From contig CAZAZQ010000008.1 in assembly GCA_964489705.1 (NCBI GenBank), positions 4,416-68,415 of the forward strand: 64,000 nt of DNA. Reading direction: 5' to 3'. The notes under the pieces were generated by a model. That model saw nothing but the letters and a program-made list of their open reading frames with translations. It was not told the origin of the DNA and did no database searches. The position numbers and the translations under genes were made by a program. Source of the DNA: an uncultured Ignavibacteriales bacterium (lineage in GTDB: Bacteria; Zixibacteria; MSB-5A5; GN15; FEB-12). Positions 16,476 through 26,889 of the stretch are shown piece after piece (the stretch's first letter is position 1; the number at the start of each line of letters is the position of its first letter).

Positions 16476-17234
16476 TTATTTTCTTTCCTGCTCATGCCGG
16501 AAGCGGATACCGCCGTTGTGGAACTCAATCAGGCGGCGAGGCTTGTTTTGTGCCGCCGGGTCGACGCATTGATTGGGCGCTCCGGTACGATTGGGGAAGA
16601 GGGCGGTACTGTTGGTCTTTTCCGCACTGTTGCCGTAATAATCAAAAACTTGGGCGGAAATTGCCAAGACGTTTCCCGACATGTTGGCAATCGTGTTGTC
16701 GGTGCAGTCCTCCCAGAAGAAAAACACCTGTGCCACCGTATCTGGGATGCGGCGGTACAAGCCGGGGGCAAGGACAAGTTTGACCAGGGAAGCGGGACGT
16801 TCGAAGTTGTAACAACGCGGCTTGGCTTTGCCGGGACCTAACTTGGCTAATCCCACCGCTTGCCAGACGGTGCGCGGGTAGTTTTCTTTTTCGGCGGTGT
16901 TTATCTGCCGGGCTTTGAAATATTCCCACTCGCAGGAATCGCAAATTTCCCCCGGAAGTACCTCGACAATGTCGAGGTAGGGACTCTCGAGAGCAAACTT
17001 CAAGTCGAAAGCGGCTATCGGCTCGCCGAAGGAGTTGAGAGTAATCGCCAAAGTGTCGGTCGGTTTTCCTTCCCTGACCGTACTCCGTTGAATGGAGACG
17101 ACATAGTGTCCGCTGTCGGCAAAAGCGGCGGAAAAATCGGGCGGAGGAAGTGGTTCGCTCTGTTTTTCACTCAGTCCCGCCAGAGACCACCAGAAGGCAA
17201 GCGGAAGTATGAACGGAAGGACGGCACAGCTCAT
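16476..17234 (-). CDS. Secreted hypothetical protein with a cohesin-like segment
   Basis: An N-terminal signal-like hydrophobic region is present. The segment IAAFDLKFALESPYLDIVEVLPGEI resembles the cohesin pattern (gfdf.i.yd...l.vv.v..G). The similarity is weak. Confidence 0.45.
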   Translation of the reverse strand: MSCAVLPFILPLAFWWSLAGLSEKQSEPLPPPDFSAAFADSGHYVVSIQRSTVREGKPTDTLAITLNSFGEPIAAFDLKFALESPYLDIVEVLPGEICDSCEWEYFKARQINTAEKENYPRTVWQAVGLAKLGPGKAKPRCYNFERPASLVKLVLAPGLYRRIPDTVAQVFFFWEDCTDNTIANMSGNVLAISAQVFDYYGNSAEKTNSTALFPNRTGAPNQCVDPAAQNKPRRLIEFHNGGIRFRHEQERK

Positions 17235-17392
17235 ATCCCAAAGGTAGCCGGATTAGCCGTGATGTAAAGGATTTCTTTTCTCTTTCGGGTTCGTTTCCGT
17301 TGCCAGTCAACATCTTCGATGCTGCAGCGCGGCTTCCTTTCCGGTCGGATACGCAAAAATGGATAAGAAAAGCAGGCAAAACGAGATTACTC

Positions 17393-17422
17393 TTGCCTTA
17401 ACGGAGGAAGATTCCGTATAAT
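17393..17422 (+). promoter_or_regulatory. Putative sigma-70 promoter of ptsI
   Basis: TTGCCT (17393-17398), an 18-nt spacer, then TATAAT (17417-17422). This lies about 34 nt upstream of the ATG, and AAGGAG sits in between. Confidence 0.4.
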
Positions 17423-17455
17423 AGTCTGGTTGACTTTTTATGTGCAAGGAGCGTT

Positions 17456-19204
17456 ATGTATACCAAACGGCGAGTCATCAAGGGTACGCCTATTTCAAAG
17501 GGAATCGTACTCGGCTACGCGCGGGTTATCATTCCCGGCGATGTCGATATCGTTCCCGTCAAAGTGCCTGCCTCTCGGGTCAAGCACGAAATAGCCGCTC
17601 TCGAGCACGCCGTTGAAGAAACCATCACCGAGCTTCGCTCCGTTCGGGATTCCGCCACCAAGAAAATCGGCGGTCCGGTTGCCAAAATCTTTGATGCGCA
17701 ACTGATGATCGCCAGCGATTACGAATTTCTCAAATCCGTCAAAGAAGCCATTGCTGTCCAAAAACAGAATGCCGCTTACGTTTACCACACTCTCATTCAG
17801 CAAACCATCCGGAAGCTGAAACACTCGAATGACACTTACCTGCGGCAAATGGCGGTGGACATCGAAGCGGTCGCCAACCGGGTGCTTTCTCATTTGAGCG
17901 GCTTGGACTTCAAGGAGCTGAAATTCGACCCCAACACCATCCTTATCGGTAAGTCGTTCACCCCCGGCGACATCGTGGCATATCGTCGGGGCAAAGCGGT
18001 GGGATTTTTGACCTCCGAAGGAGGAGGCGACTCCCACATGGCGCTCATCGCCCGCTCCCTTATGGTACCGGTGGTCTTGGTTGAAGATGCGTGGCATCGG
18101 ATTCCCAACAACTGCCGTTTGATTCTCGACGGCACCACCGGCGAGGTCATTGTCCACCCGACCGATGAGGACTGGGCGGAATACCAAAAACGGCGGAAAA
18201 AGCAAGGCTCCGCCATCATTACCCGCATCAAGCGGCTTTCCCCTCTTCCGCCGGTCACGGCTGACGGGCGGGAAGTGCATATTGCGGGCAATCTTTCCCT
18301 GCCGGGACCGGCCGACGATATTCTGGCAAGCCGGAATATCCCTATCGGTTTGTACCGGACGGAATTTCTTTACTTAGCCCACGGCTATTTTCCCGATGAA
18401 GAAACACAGTTCGAATACTACTCCCAGATTGCCGAAAAATTCGCCGACAGCTATGTCATCTTCCGGACTTTCGACCTCGGATACGACAAGACGATGTCCG
18501 ACCCCAGTTGGCCCAGGGAAGACAACCCGGCGCTGGGATGGCGGGGAATTCGGGCGATGCTCGACATGAGCCACCTGTTCAAAACGCAAATCCGCGCTCT
18601 CTTGCGCGCTTCGGTACGAAAAAATATCAAGATCATGCTTCCGATGATAAGCGAAATGGCGGAACTGGAACGGGCAAAGAAACTTATCTCCCAGGTCAAG
18701 TTTCGTCTCCGCAAGGACGGTATCGAGTACGACCGCAACATCCAAATCGGTATTATGGTGGAAGTCCCCGCCGCCGCCATGATTGCCGACAAGCTGGCGG
18801 AAGGGGTGGACTTCATGTCCATCGGCACCAACGACCTCACCCAGTACACGCTCGCTGCCGACCGCACCAATCGGAAAGTCTCCCACCTCTACAGCCCCTA
18901 TCATCCCTCGGTGCTCCAGCTCATCCATATGACGGTGGAAGCATGTAAGAAACATAACAAACCTATATCAATCTGCGGTGAGATGGCTGGTGAAGTGTTA
19001 GCCTTACCGCTTTTTGTCGGAATGGAAGTCGATTTGTTGTCCATGAACCCGGCTCGCATTTTCGACCTCTGCCGTGCCGTCAAGAAGATAAACTACAACT
19101 TGGTGCGGCATCTGGTCCCTGCCGTTTTGTCAAGTAGTTCGGTTCATGAAGTAATCACCAACCTCCAGAACTACCGGACAGCCCTGGAGAAACAGAAACC
19201 TTAA
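17456..19204 (+). CDS. ptsI: Phosphoenolpyruvate-protein phosphotransferase (PTS Enzyme I)
   Basis: The phosphohistidine motif is GGGDSHMALIARSLMVPVV. The PEP-binding motifs are MLPMISEMAEL and FMSIGTNDLTQYTLAADR, followed by CGEMAG. Confidence 0.9.
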   Translation: MYTKRRVIKGTPISKGIVLGYARVIIPGDVDIVPVKVPASRVKHEIAALEHAVEETITELRSVRDSATKKIGGPVAKIFDAQLMIASDYEFLKSVKEAIAVQKQNAAYVYHTLIQQTIRKLKHSNDTYLRQMAVDIEAVANRVLSHLSGLDFKELKFDPNTILIGKSFTPGDIVAYRRGKAVGFLTSEGGGDSHMALIARSLMVPVVLVEDAWHRIPNNCRLILDGTTGEVIVHPTDEDWAEYQKRRKKQGSAIITRIKRLSPLPPVTADGREVHIAGNLSLPGPADDILASRNIPIGLYRTEFLYLAHGYFPDEETQFEYYSQIAEKFADSYVIFRTFDLGYDKTMSDPSWPREDNPALGWRGIRAMLDMSHLFKTQIRALLRASVRKNIKIMLPMISEMAELERAKKLISQVKFRLRKDGIEYDRNIQIGIMVEVPAAAMIADKLAEGVDFMSIGTNDLTQYTLAADRTNRKVSHLYSPYHPSVLQLIHMTVEACKKHNKPISICGEMAGEVLALPLFVGMEVDLLSMNPARIFDLCRAVKKINYNLVRHLVPAVLSSSSVHEVITNLQNYRTALEKQKP

Positions 19205-19217
19205 CAGGAAAAAGAAG

Positions 19218-20306
19218 ATGGAGACTATGACACTGCTGGATGATGTTGAAAAGATACGGGCAACGGATCCCGATAATATGTACAACCGTATTTTCGATTT
19301 CCCGGAACAGATGGCGGAAGCCTTGAAGATTGGCCAACGCTGGGAAGTGAACGGAAACGATTTTGCCGGGATAAAAAATATCGTCGTCATCGGCATGGGC
19401 GGCTCGGCGATTGCCGGTGACTTGGTGCGTAGTTTGTTGGCGTCCAAGCTGCTGGTCCCCTTCCAAATCTGCCGCCACTACGTTCTCCCGGAGTTTGTCG
19501 ACGACGAAACGCTGGTCATCGCCTCTTCTTACAGCGGCAATACCGAAGAAACTTTGGCGGCGCTCGATGATGCCTTGACCCGCAAAGCGATGGTGGCGGC
19601 TCTCAGTACCGGCGGACTGTTGAAAGATGTCGCGGAACTGAACGAAATCCCCTTGGCACAGCTTCCCACCGGGTTGCAGCCGCGTGCCGCTTTGGGGTAT
19701 TCGTTGGTGCCTTTGTTGGTCTTTTTCGAAAAAATCGGGCTGATTAAAAATATCACCAAAGAAATCAAACTGGTCATCGAGAAGCTCTCCGCCTACCGGG
19801 AAAAATATATCGAAGACAACCCGACCCTGCACAACCCCGCCAAGAATATCGCGGAAAAAATTTACGGGAGAATCCCGATTATCTACTCCGGGCCGACGCT
19901 GACCGACGCGGTGGCGCTGCGATGGAAAGGGCAAATCTGCGAAAACGCCAAAAACCTCGCTTTCGCCAACCACTTCCCTGAGTTCAACCATAATGAGCTG
20001 GTCGGCTGGTCCGACACTGTGAAGAAATACAAAGAGTACTTAGCGGTGATTATGCTCCGTGACGCCGACGACCATCCGCAAATCCGGCGGCGTATGAACA
20101 TCGTCAAAGAAATCATCGAGAAGCAGGAAGTGCCGGTCATCGAAGCCCACTCACGCGGGGAAAGCACCTTGGAGCGGATGTTGAGCCTCGTTCAGTTGGG
20201 GGATTTCGTATCGTACTACCTGGCGGTGCTCAACGAAGTCGATCCGACGCCGGTCGAGGTTATCGAATCGCTGAAAAAAGCCTTGAAACAATCCGGCGGG
20301 CTGTAA
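19218..20306 (+). CDS. Bifunctional phosphoglucose/phosphomannose isomerase (SIS domain)
   Basis: The SIS motif is VVIGMGGSAIAGDL. The length, domain order and C-terminal ...DPTPVEVIESLK are typical of the PGI/PMI family. Confidence 0.8.
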   Translation: METMTLLDDVEKIRATDPDNMYNRIFDFPEQMAEALKIGQRWEVNGNDFAGIKNIVVIGMGGSAIAGDLVRSLLASKLLVPFQICRHYVLPEFVDDETLVIASSYSGNTEETLAALDDALTRKAMVAALSTGGLLKDVAELNEIPLAQLPTGLQPRAALGYSLVPLLVFFEKIGLIKNITKEIKLVIEKLSAYREKYIEDNPTLHNPAKNIAEKIYGRIPIIYSGPTLTDAVALRWKGQICENAKNLAFANHFPEFNHNELVGWSDTVKKYKEYLAVIMLRDADDHPQIRRRMNIVKEIIEKQEVPVIEAHSRGESTLERMLSLVQLGDFVSYYLAVLNEVDPTPVEVIESLKKALKQSGGL

Positions 20307-20319
20307 TGTTCTCATAGGT

Positions 20320-20526
20320 ATGATTACGGCTGATATCAAAATAGACGAGTTGGTGCGGCAGTATCCCGATGCTGTGAAGTTCCTGATTCAGAAAGGGTTG
20401 CCGTGCGTGGTATGCGGCGAGCCTTTTTGGGGAAGTCTGGCGGAGCTGGCGCAGCAAAAGGGGTTTGACGACAGTCAGATCGAGGCGTTGGTCACCGAGT
20501 TCAACGAGTTGCACCGCGCCTCGTGA
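20320..20526 (+). CDS. DUF1858 / hybrid-cluster-protein-associated redox disulfide domain protein
   Basis: The 68-aa protein begins ITADIKIDELVRQYPDAVKFLIQKGLPCVVCGEPFWGSLAELA, with a CxxC motif in the family-typical context. Confidence 0.7.
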   Translation: MITADIKIDELVRQYPDAVKFLIQKGLPCVVCGEPFWGSLAELAQQKGFDDSQIEALVTEFNELHRAS

Positions 20527-20572
20527 GGTGAGTCCCAAATACCCGGGAACGAAATAAACGAGCTATAAAAAA

Positions 20573-20607
20573 ACGGCAGGAGCAAACAGCTCCTGCCGTT
20601 GTTTTTT
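20573..20607. terminator. Bidirectional rho-independent terminator between convergent genes
   Basis: ACGGCAGGAGC-aaaca-GCTCCTGCCGT is a perfect 11-bp stem. It is flanked by A7 upstream and TGTTTTTT downstream. Confidence 0.8.
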
Positions 20608-20622
20608 CTCAACCGAAAACGA

Positions 20623-21549
20623 TTACTTGAACCGCTTGGGACGACGAGCTTCCCATTCCACCACAATCGGGCTGGCAACGAAGATTGAACTGTAGGTTCC
20701 GACCACCACCCCCAACATGAGCGCCAAAGCAAAGTAGCGCAGCACCTCTCCGCCGAAGAAGAAGAGAATGGCAACCACCATGAAAGTCGTCAAGGAGGTG
20801 ATAATCGTCCGCGAGAGCACTTCGTTGATGGAGGTGTTCACGGCTTTGGTAAACTCTCCCTTGGTGCGGAATTTCTTCAGGTTCTCCCGGATGCGGTCGT
20901 AGACGACCACCGTATCGGTCAGGGAGTACCCTGCAAGGGTGAGTAACGCCGTCACTATCAACAAGTCGAACTCGAATCCCAAGAGGTAAAAAATGCCCAG
21001 CACCGCCAAGACATCATGGAAGGTTGCGATGGTGGCGGCGATACCGGAGCGGAAATCAAAACGGATCCAGATGTAGATGACGATGCCGAAGAGGGAAAGC
21101 AAAACCGCCTTTTGGGCATCGCTCCGAAGAGTCTTCCCCACTGCCGGACCGATAATATGCTCGGAAACGATGGTGAAGGTATTGCCGGGGAAGTCTTTTT
21201 CAATCGCCTTCTTCAGCTGTTGCAACCGTTCGTTTCCTTCCGCTTCCGATTCGGGACGCTTGGTCTTGATGATGAAGGCGTTCGGTTTTTCGAAATCCCT
21301 CAGGTTGGTAATTTCCGCATCGGGAAATTCTTTTGTGATGGCGGCGCGGAGTTCGTCGATACCGACCGGCTTGTCGAAGTACCCGGTAACCATAACGCCG
21401 CCGGCGAAGTCGATGCCCAAGTTCGCCTTGCCGGTGGCTATCATGATAAAGCCGACGATACCGAGGATGACCAGAATCGCCGAAAGGAAGAAGGCGATTT
21501 TCCGGACGCCGATGAAATCTATATTGGTATCACCAATTATTCTAAACAT
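20623..21549 (-). CDS. secF: Protein translocase subunit SecF
   Basis: It shows the SecF topology, with conserved LGIDFAGG and the C-terminal motif block ...SLTDTVVVYDRIRE.... Confidence 0.9.
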   Translation of the reverse strand: MFRIIGDTNIDFIGVRKIAFFLSAILVILGIVGFIMIATGKANLGIDFAGGVMVTGYFDKPVGIDELRAAITKEFPDAEITNLRDFEKPNAFIIKTKRPESEAEGNERLQQLKKAIEKDFPGNTFTIVSEHIIGPAVGKTLRSDAQKAVLLSLFGIVIYIWIRFDFRSGIAATIATFHDVLAVLGIFYLLGFEFDLLIVTALLTLAGYSLTDTVVVYDRIRENLKKFRTKGEFTKAVNTSINEVLSRTIITSLTTFMVVAILFFFGGEVLRYFALALMLGVVVGTYSSIFVASPIVVEWEARRPKRFK

Positions 21550-21568
21550 AGTCGCTCTCTCCTTCTCG

Positions 21569-23326
21569 TTATATGCTCAGGGTGCGATACCCTTTGCGGA
21601 TGTCGAAGATTTGCTTGGTTACCACGTACGCCGTGTACAAGGAAATGGTCACACCCCAGAAGAGAGTGACGGCAAATCCCTTAATCGGTCCGGAGCCTAA
21701 CAGGAACAAGGCTCCCGCCGTAATCAAGGTGGTGACGTGCGAGTCAAAAATGGCGACAAAAGCACGATTGTAACCGGCGTCGATAGCCGCCCGCACCGTT
21801 TTTCCGGTTCGCAACTCTTCTCGGATGCGCTCGAAAATCAGTACGTTGGCGTCTACCGACATACCAATGGTGAGGATAATACCTGCAATTCCCGGCATCG
21901 TCAAAGTCGCCCCCAGACCTGCCATGACCGCGAGGACGAAGAAGATGTTGAACAGCAAACCGATGTCGGCAATGATGCCGGAAAGGCGGTAGTAGACGCC
22001 GATAAACAGAAGCACCAAGCTCAAACCGATAATCGAGGAATAGAATCCCTTCTTGATGGAGTCGGCTCCCAGGGTAGCGCCGACGACGTTCTTCTCGATG
22101 ATTTCCACCGGCGCCGGCAAAGCACCCGCTTTCAGGACGATTTCCAAGTTGCGGGCGTCTTTAATCGTTGCCGAACCGCCCATGGTAATCTGCCCGCGGC
22201 GGCGAATCTTCGAATTGATAAACGGTGCCGATTCGACTTTGTTGTCGATGACGATCGCCAACGGTTTGCCGACGTTGGCGCCGGTAAGCTGAGCGAAACG
22301 AGCCGCTCCCTCACCGGAAAGAGAGAAGTTGACAACGTAGGCGCCGTAGCTATCCTGCCCCAAGGCGATATTCTCGAGGAATTTTCCTAAGAACATTACT
22401 TTCCGTTTCAGCACGTAGAGCATGTAGACTTCCCTGCCCTTCCGTACCTCGGGGCGGGTCGACCACGCAAACTGCACGTCGATAGGGATGACGCTTTTGA
22501 CTTGCGGCAGGTTGAGCCACTTGTCGATGAGCTCGCGGTCTTTCTTGTTGACGATAAAGCCGGGCCAGGGAGTGTTCTCCTTGTAAAGAGCAACCTCCAG
22601 CCGAGTGGTGAACGGGTTTTCCTCCTCGTCCAATTGTACTTCTTCGTCGTAACCGAACAACTCCGCCGTATCCACTACGCTGTCGCCCATCAACTCCGCC
22701 AGCATGTCGATATCTTCTTTTTTCTCGGCGGAGTCGGAAGGAGCTTCCGCACTGCCGGTATCTTCCGCCTTCTCGGTAGCTTTCTCTTCTCCGGCGGCGG
22801 TAGTATCGGCTTTCTTCTCTTGCTCGGCGCGGGCTTTCTCATACTCGGCGACCACCGAGTCAATCTTCGCCAGAATGAGCGAAGCGTTGTCGTACGTTTC
22901 CAAGAGCTTGAATTCCAGCAAAGCGGTCTGCCCGATGAGTTCCTCGGCGCGCTCGGCGTCGGTATACCCCGGCAGGTCGACGATAATCCTGTCGGTGCCT
23001 TGCTTTTGAATGACCGGCTCCGCCACCCCGAGCCCGTCCACACGATTGCGGATAATCTGGATGGCGCGATCGACGGCATCCTCTCGGCTGGCGGGATCCA
23101 ACTCTTCCATTTTTACCCGCAGGACGACGTGAATACCTCCCTGCAAATCCAAGCCCAAGCGGATGGCTTTTTGCTGGAGGTGCAAAAGCGCGCCGGGATC
23201 CCGCTCTTGAAGGGCGGCTTTTTCTTCCTCGCTCATGGTCCACAGTTTGAAAGTGTTCCAAAAGGCGACGCAGGCGAGAATAACCAAAATAATCGTAAGA
23301 ATGATACGCCAATTATGTCTGGACAT
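21569..23326 (-). CDS. secD: Protein translocase subunit SecD
   Basis: The motifs LGLDLQGG, ...GPSLG-like region and ...SVDANVLIFERIREE are present. It lies directly upstream of secF. It contains an acidic low-complexity insertion. Confidence 0.9.
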   Translation of the reverse strand: MSRHNWRIILTIILVILACVAFWNTFKLWTMSEEEKAALQERDPGALLHLQQKAIRLGLDLQGGIHVVLRVKMEELDPASREDAVDRAIQIIRNRVDGLGVAEPVIQKQGTDRIIVDLPGYTDAERAEELIGQTALLEFKLLETYDNASLILAKIDSVVAEYEKARAEQEKKADTTAAGEEKATEKAEDTGSAEAPSDSAEKKEDIDMLAELMGDSVVDTAELFGYDEEVQLDEEENPFTTRLEVALYKENTPWPGFIVNKKDRELIDKWLNLPQVKSVIPIDVQFAWSTRPEVRKGREVYMLYVLKRKVMFLGKFLENIALGQDSYGAYVVNFSLSGEGAARFAQLTGANVGKPLAIVIDNKVESAPFINSKIRRRGQITMGGSATIKDARNLEIVLKAGALPAPVEIIEKNVVGATLGADSIKKGFYSSIIGLSLVLLFIGVYYRLSGIIADIGLLFNIFFVLAVMAGLGATLTMPGIAGIILTIGMSVDANVLIFERIREELRTGKTVRAAIDAGYNRAFVAIFDSHVTTLITAGALFLLGSGPIKGFAVTLFWGVTISLYTAYVVTKQIFDIRKGYRTLSI

Positions 23327-23426
23327 ACAAAGACCCTTTCCAGTGTCTTAAAATTAATTTCTTGCTTTGGTACTGAATTTCGTCGGATACCTGCAGCATC
23401 CGTGCCCCGAAGAGAAAATGCCCCGG

Positions 23427-23825
23427 CTAACTGGTACCGGACGGCTTGGAGCCAACCAAGGTAAAACGGTGCGCCAAATATGAGGAAATGAGACTTGTCG
23501 AAGCCAGAACGATGGAATGATGAGTGGAGGAGAGGGGGAAGTGGTTGGTTTTGCCGGAAACGGCGAAGAAAAGCCTGGTGTGACTATTGCTGTTGTCCGG
23601 CTTGAGAAGCGGCGGGAGGACAAGATACGCCAACTGCGAAGAAGCGGGCTTCCCGTCGGTCGCCATGTTTTGGTGAGCAAAGTCGGTAAAGGGGAAAGAA
23701 TGAAGAGTACCGGTAATTTCCGCCGTCCACCCATGCTCCCCGGTATGGTACGCCTGCAGCTCCGGCAACTCGGTCGCCGTGCTCCGGGGAAGCACCATTA
23801 AGATGACGGCAAAAAGATTCAGCAT
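23427..23825 (-). CDS. Hypothetical small secreted protein (weak call)
   Basis: This is the only sizeable ORF in the 770-bp gap upstream of secD. It has a GAAGAGG-like ribosome-binding site and a hydrophobic N-terminus. No domain was recognised. Confidence 0.35.
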   Translation of the reverse strand: MLNLFAVILMVLPRSTATELPELQAYHTGEHGWTAEITGTLHSFPFTDFAHQNMATDGKPASSQLAYLVLPPLLKPDNSNSHTRLFFAVSGKTNHFPLSSTHHSIVLASTSLISSYLAHRFTLVGSKPSGTS

Positions 23826-24095
23826 TTGCAGTGTTTACCTCTTCTTACTCACCAAAAAACTTCTCAAAAGAGAGAGCGAATATAGCATATTTTTCCTCTA
23901 AGTCAATGCTCTTTTTATGGCTTCGGAGACTGCCCGAGACCGGTTTTTTCTCTCCTCAAGAATTCTTTCCCTTTCCCCTTTGCTACCTTTTGCGGCAAAA
24001 AGTTGACTTACCCCTTGAGAAAGGGTAATATCTAATGTATCGAACATACGTGAGAAGATGTTAAGCGATATGAAATAATCGTAAGGAGTACTCAT

Positions 24096-26858
24096 ATGAA
24101 ACATAGAAGCTTCCCCGGCGCCGCCTCCCACGGATGGGTGAGATGGATGACCGCCGTCGTTATCGCTCTTGTGGCGGCACTATCGACCGCCGGAGCGACG
24201 GAACGCTACCGTCTCGACAACGGGATGGAGATTATTCTCAAGGAAAACCACAGTTCCCCAATGATAACCAGCATTGTCTTTGTCAAATCCGGCAGCAAGT
24301 ACGAATCGAAATACGAAAACGGTATCACCCATTTTCTTGAGCACCTGCTGTTCGACGGCACGGCTACTTTGAGTCGGGAAGAATTGGACGCTTCCATTCA
24401 GAATTTGGGCGGGATGGTGAATGCTTTTACCCGCAAGGAGCTGACCTCATTTTTTGTCCTCATGCCCAAACAGTACATTGAATACGGCATGACAGCGGAA
24501 GCGGACATGCTCTTCAACTCGATTATCCCCGAAGAAGAGCTTCCCAAAGAGCGGAAGGTCGTCATCGAAGAGATTAACCGCGACGCCGACGCGCCCGGGG
24601 CGGCGGCACAAGCCTTTTTCACCGAAAAAGCTTACGCCGGTACCCGCTACGATCGCCCCGTCCTTGGTTACAGCGCCTTTATCGAGAATATCCCCCGTGA
24701 AGCGGTGATAGATTACTGGAAGCGGTACTACATTCCCAAGAATATGATTGTGCTCATCATCGGCGATTTCGTACCGGAAGAGATGAAAAAGACGGTGGCA
24801 TCCGTCTTCGGGAAATATCAAAATCCGCCCGATTCCCTCACGGAAGGACGTTCTTCCGAAGCAACCGCAACCGTCCCTCCTCTCACCGGACAAAAAATAT
24901 ACGATACCGTAGCGAACGTTTCCTCAACGTATATCAACTTTTCTTTTGCCGCTCCGCACCATAGCGACAGTCTCTACCTGGCGATGGACTTGTTGAGCCG
25001 GTATCTGGGGATGAGCGATATTTCGCCGCTTTCCAAAGCTTTGACCGGCGGCGCCAACCCGCTGGCGACGGATGTCGGCGTCGATTTGGTTACCTACAGC
25101 GAATTCTCCCGCCTCGATATTTCCGTCATCACCGATAACCCCGCCAATCGGGACGCTATCATCGCCACCGTTCTTGAGCAACTGAAAGCCATGGAAGACC
25201 ATGTTGCCGATCCGGAAACCATCGAAGGCATCATTACATCCACCCGGTGCGACGAAATCTACAACAGTGAAAAGCTGTACTATTACGGCTTTCTCATCTC
25301 TTCGCGGTTGATGTCGGTGGGATGGGATTTCATCGAGACGTACGGCGACCGGCTGGCAAAATTGACATGGGATAAATGCCGTCAGGCGGCTCGGGAATGG
25401 CTTTCCCATCCGAACTACATTGCCACCGTCGTCACTCCGGTGGGCGAGTCGGGTAAAACGCCGTATGTCCCTCACGGTTTGACGAAAGAAGAAGTTATTG
25501 CCCACTTCGATTCTACCACCTTTCCGACCTATGATTTAATCACGGGACATAAAATCACCTACCCGCAGACGGACTCTGTCGACTTCGAGCTGGTCGATCA
25601 CGCCGAGTATCACTTGGAGACGCTCTGTAACGGTATGAACATCATCATCAAATCCGACCCCGGCAGCAAGGTGTTCGCCATGAACATCTTAGGGAAAAAC
25701 CGCACCGCCAGCGAGCCGCCGGGCAAAGCAGGCATCACCGATTTCGTCAACCGATGTATCGAGAAAGGGACGCTCACGCGAAACGCCCACGAACTGTCCC
25801 GCGACTTGGCGAAAATCGGCGCCCAGGTGACACTGTACGACAACCCGTGGATTCCTTTCGACGACCGGTATACCTCGCGGCGGTTTTCTTTCATGAAGTT
25901 CGAAACCATCGACGAGTTTGCCGAGAAAGGATTTGCCCTCTTTTCGGAGATGTTTCTCTACCCGGCGTTTGACTCAACGGAAGTGGAGAATGTCCGTCGC
26001 GCTATGTTGGGGGCGTTGGCGCGCAAGAGCATGTCCCCCCGGGACGTGGCGCGGAATTTGTTTTATGAAAAACTGTTTGAAGGTACGCCGTACGCCAACC
26101 CTATTATGGGAACTCCCGAAACCATTCGTTCCATCACCATTGACGATCTCAAAGACCACCACGCCCACTTTTATTCGCCGGAAAACGTCATCCTGACCAT
26201 TGTCACCAGCCATAAAACAGACGAAGTCCTGGAGTGGGTAGATCGAACTTTCGGCAGATTGGCGGAAACCGGCTACCTTTCCAAATCGATGCCGAAGCCG
26301 CAGCCGATTCAAGAAAGGCGCACCGCTCACCAAGAATTGAATAAAGAGCAAATAACGTTCTATCTGGGCTCCCTCCTGCCGGGCGCTTCCAGCGAGGAAG
26401 CGGTGCCGTTAGCGGTGGCTTCGTCCATTCTTTCCACCCGCCTCTATTTGAACCTCCGGGAAAAGCAGGGGTTGTGCTACTCGGTGGGAGCGGGGACGAC
26501 GTTCGATAAGGACTTCGGCTGGTTCTACGCCTCCATCGGCACGGCTTCCCCCAACTACCAGAAAGCTCTCGACGGCATTCTCCTCCAGATGGATAAATTG
26601 AACCTCGACGGTCCCACCGAGGAAGAAGTCAAAAGCGCCCGGAACCGTATCTGGGGCAGTTTGATGCGAGCCAAGCTGGCACGTATTAACCAAGCTTACT
26701 ACTTGGGATTGGACAAGTATCTCGGCTTCGGACCGGATAGAGATAAGCAGCTTCTTTCCCAGCTTGCGAAGGTGACACCGGCATCCGTCCGTCGGGCGGC
26801 GGCAAAATACTTCCGCACCGACACCTATGTCCTCACCAGCGCCGGGAAGAAGCCGTAA
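24096..26858 (+). CDS. M16 (pitrilysin/insulinase) family zinc peptidase, double-length fused form
   Basis: AAGGAG lies upstream of the ATG. A signal peptide is present. The inverted zinc motif is HFLEHLLFDG (HxxEH). A second M16-like half lacks the motif. Confidence 0.9.
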   Translation: MKHRSFPGAASHGWVRWMTAVVIALVAALSTAGATERYRLDNGMEIILKENHSSPMITSIVFVKSGSKYESKYENGITHFLEHLLFDGTATLSREELDASIQNLGGMVNAFTRKELTSFFVLMPKQYIEYGMTAEADMLFNSIIPEEELPKERKVVIEEINRDADAPGAAAQAFFTEKAYAGTRYDRPVLGYSAFIENIPREAVIDYWKRYYIPKNMIVLIIGDFVPEEMKKTVASVFGKYQNPPDSLTEGRSSEATATVPPLTGQKIYDTVANVSSTYINFSFAAPHHSDSLYLAMDLLSRYLGMSDISPLSKALTGGANPLATDVGVDLVTYSEFSRLDISVITDNPANRDAIIATVLEQLKAMEDHVADPETIEGIITSTRCDEIYNSEKLYYYGFLISSRLMSVGWDFIETYGDRLAKLTWDKCRQAAREWLSHPNYIATVVTPVGESGKTPYVPHGLTKEEVIAHFDSTTFPTYDLITGHKITYPQTDSVDFELVDHAEYHLETLCNGMNIIIKSDPGSKVFAMNILGKNRTASEPPGKAGITDFVNRCIEKGTLTRNAHELSRDLAKIGAQVTLYDNPWIPFDDRYTSRRFSFMKFETIDEFAEKGFALFSEMFLYPAFDSTEVENVRRAMLGALARKSMSPRDVARNLFYEKLFEGTPYANPIMGTPETIRSITIDDLKDHHAHFYSPENVILTIVTSHKTDEVLEWVDRTFGRLAETGYLSKSMPKPQPIQERRTAHQELNKEQITFYLGSLLPGASSEEAVPLAVASSILSTRLYLNLREKQGLCYSVGAGTTFDKDFGWFYASIGTASPNYQKALDGILLQMDKLNLDGPTEEEVKSARNRIWGSLMRAKLARINQAYYLGLDKYLGFGPDRDKQLLSQLAKVTPASVRRAAAKYFRTDTYVLTSAGKKP

Positions 26859-26889
26859 GACCTTTTGGTGCCGAGCTTATGATATGCGG

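Noticed and set aside
17495-23464. Antisense ORFs 17495-18280, 18374-18955, 19155-19991 and 22502-23464.
   Set aside because: They lie opposite ptsI, the isomerase gene and secD, all of which are confidently identified.
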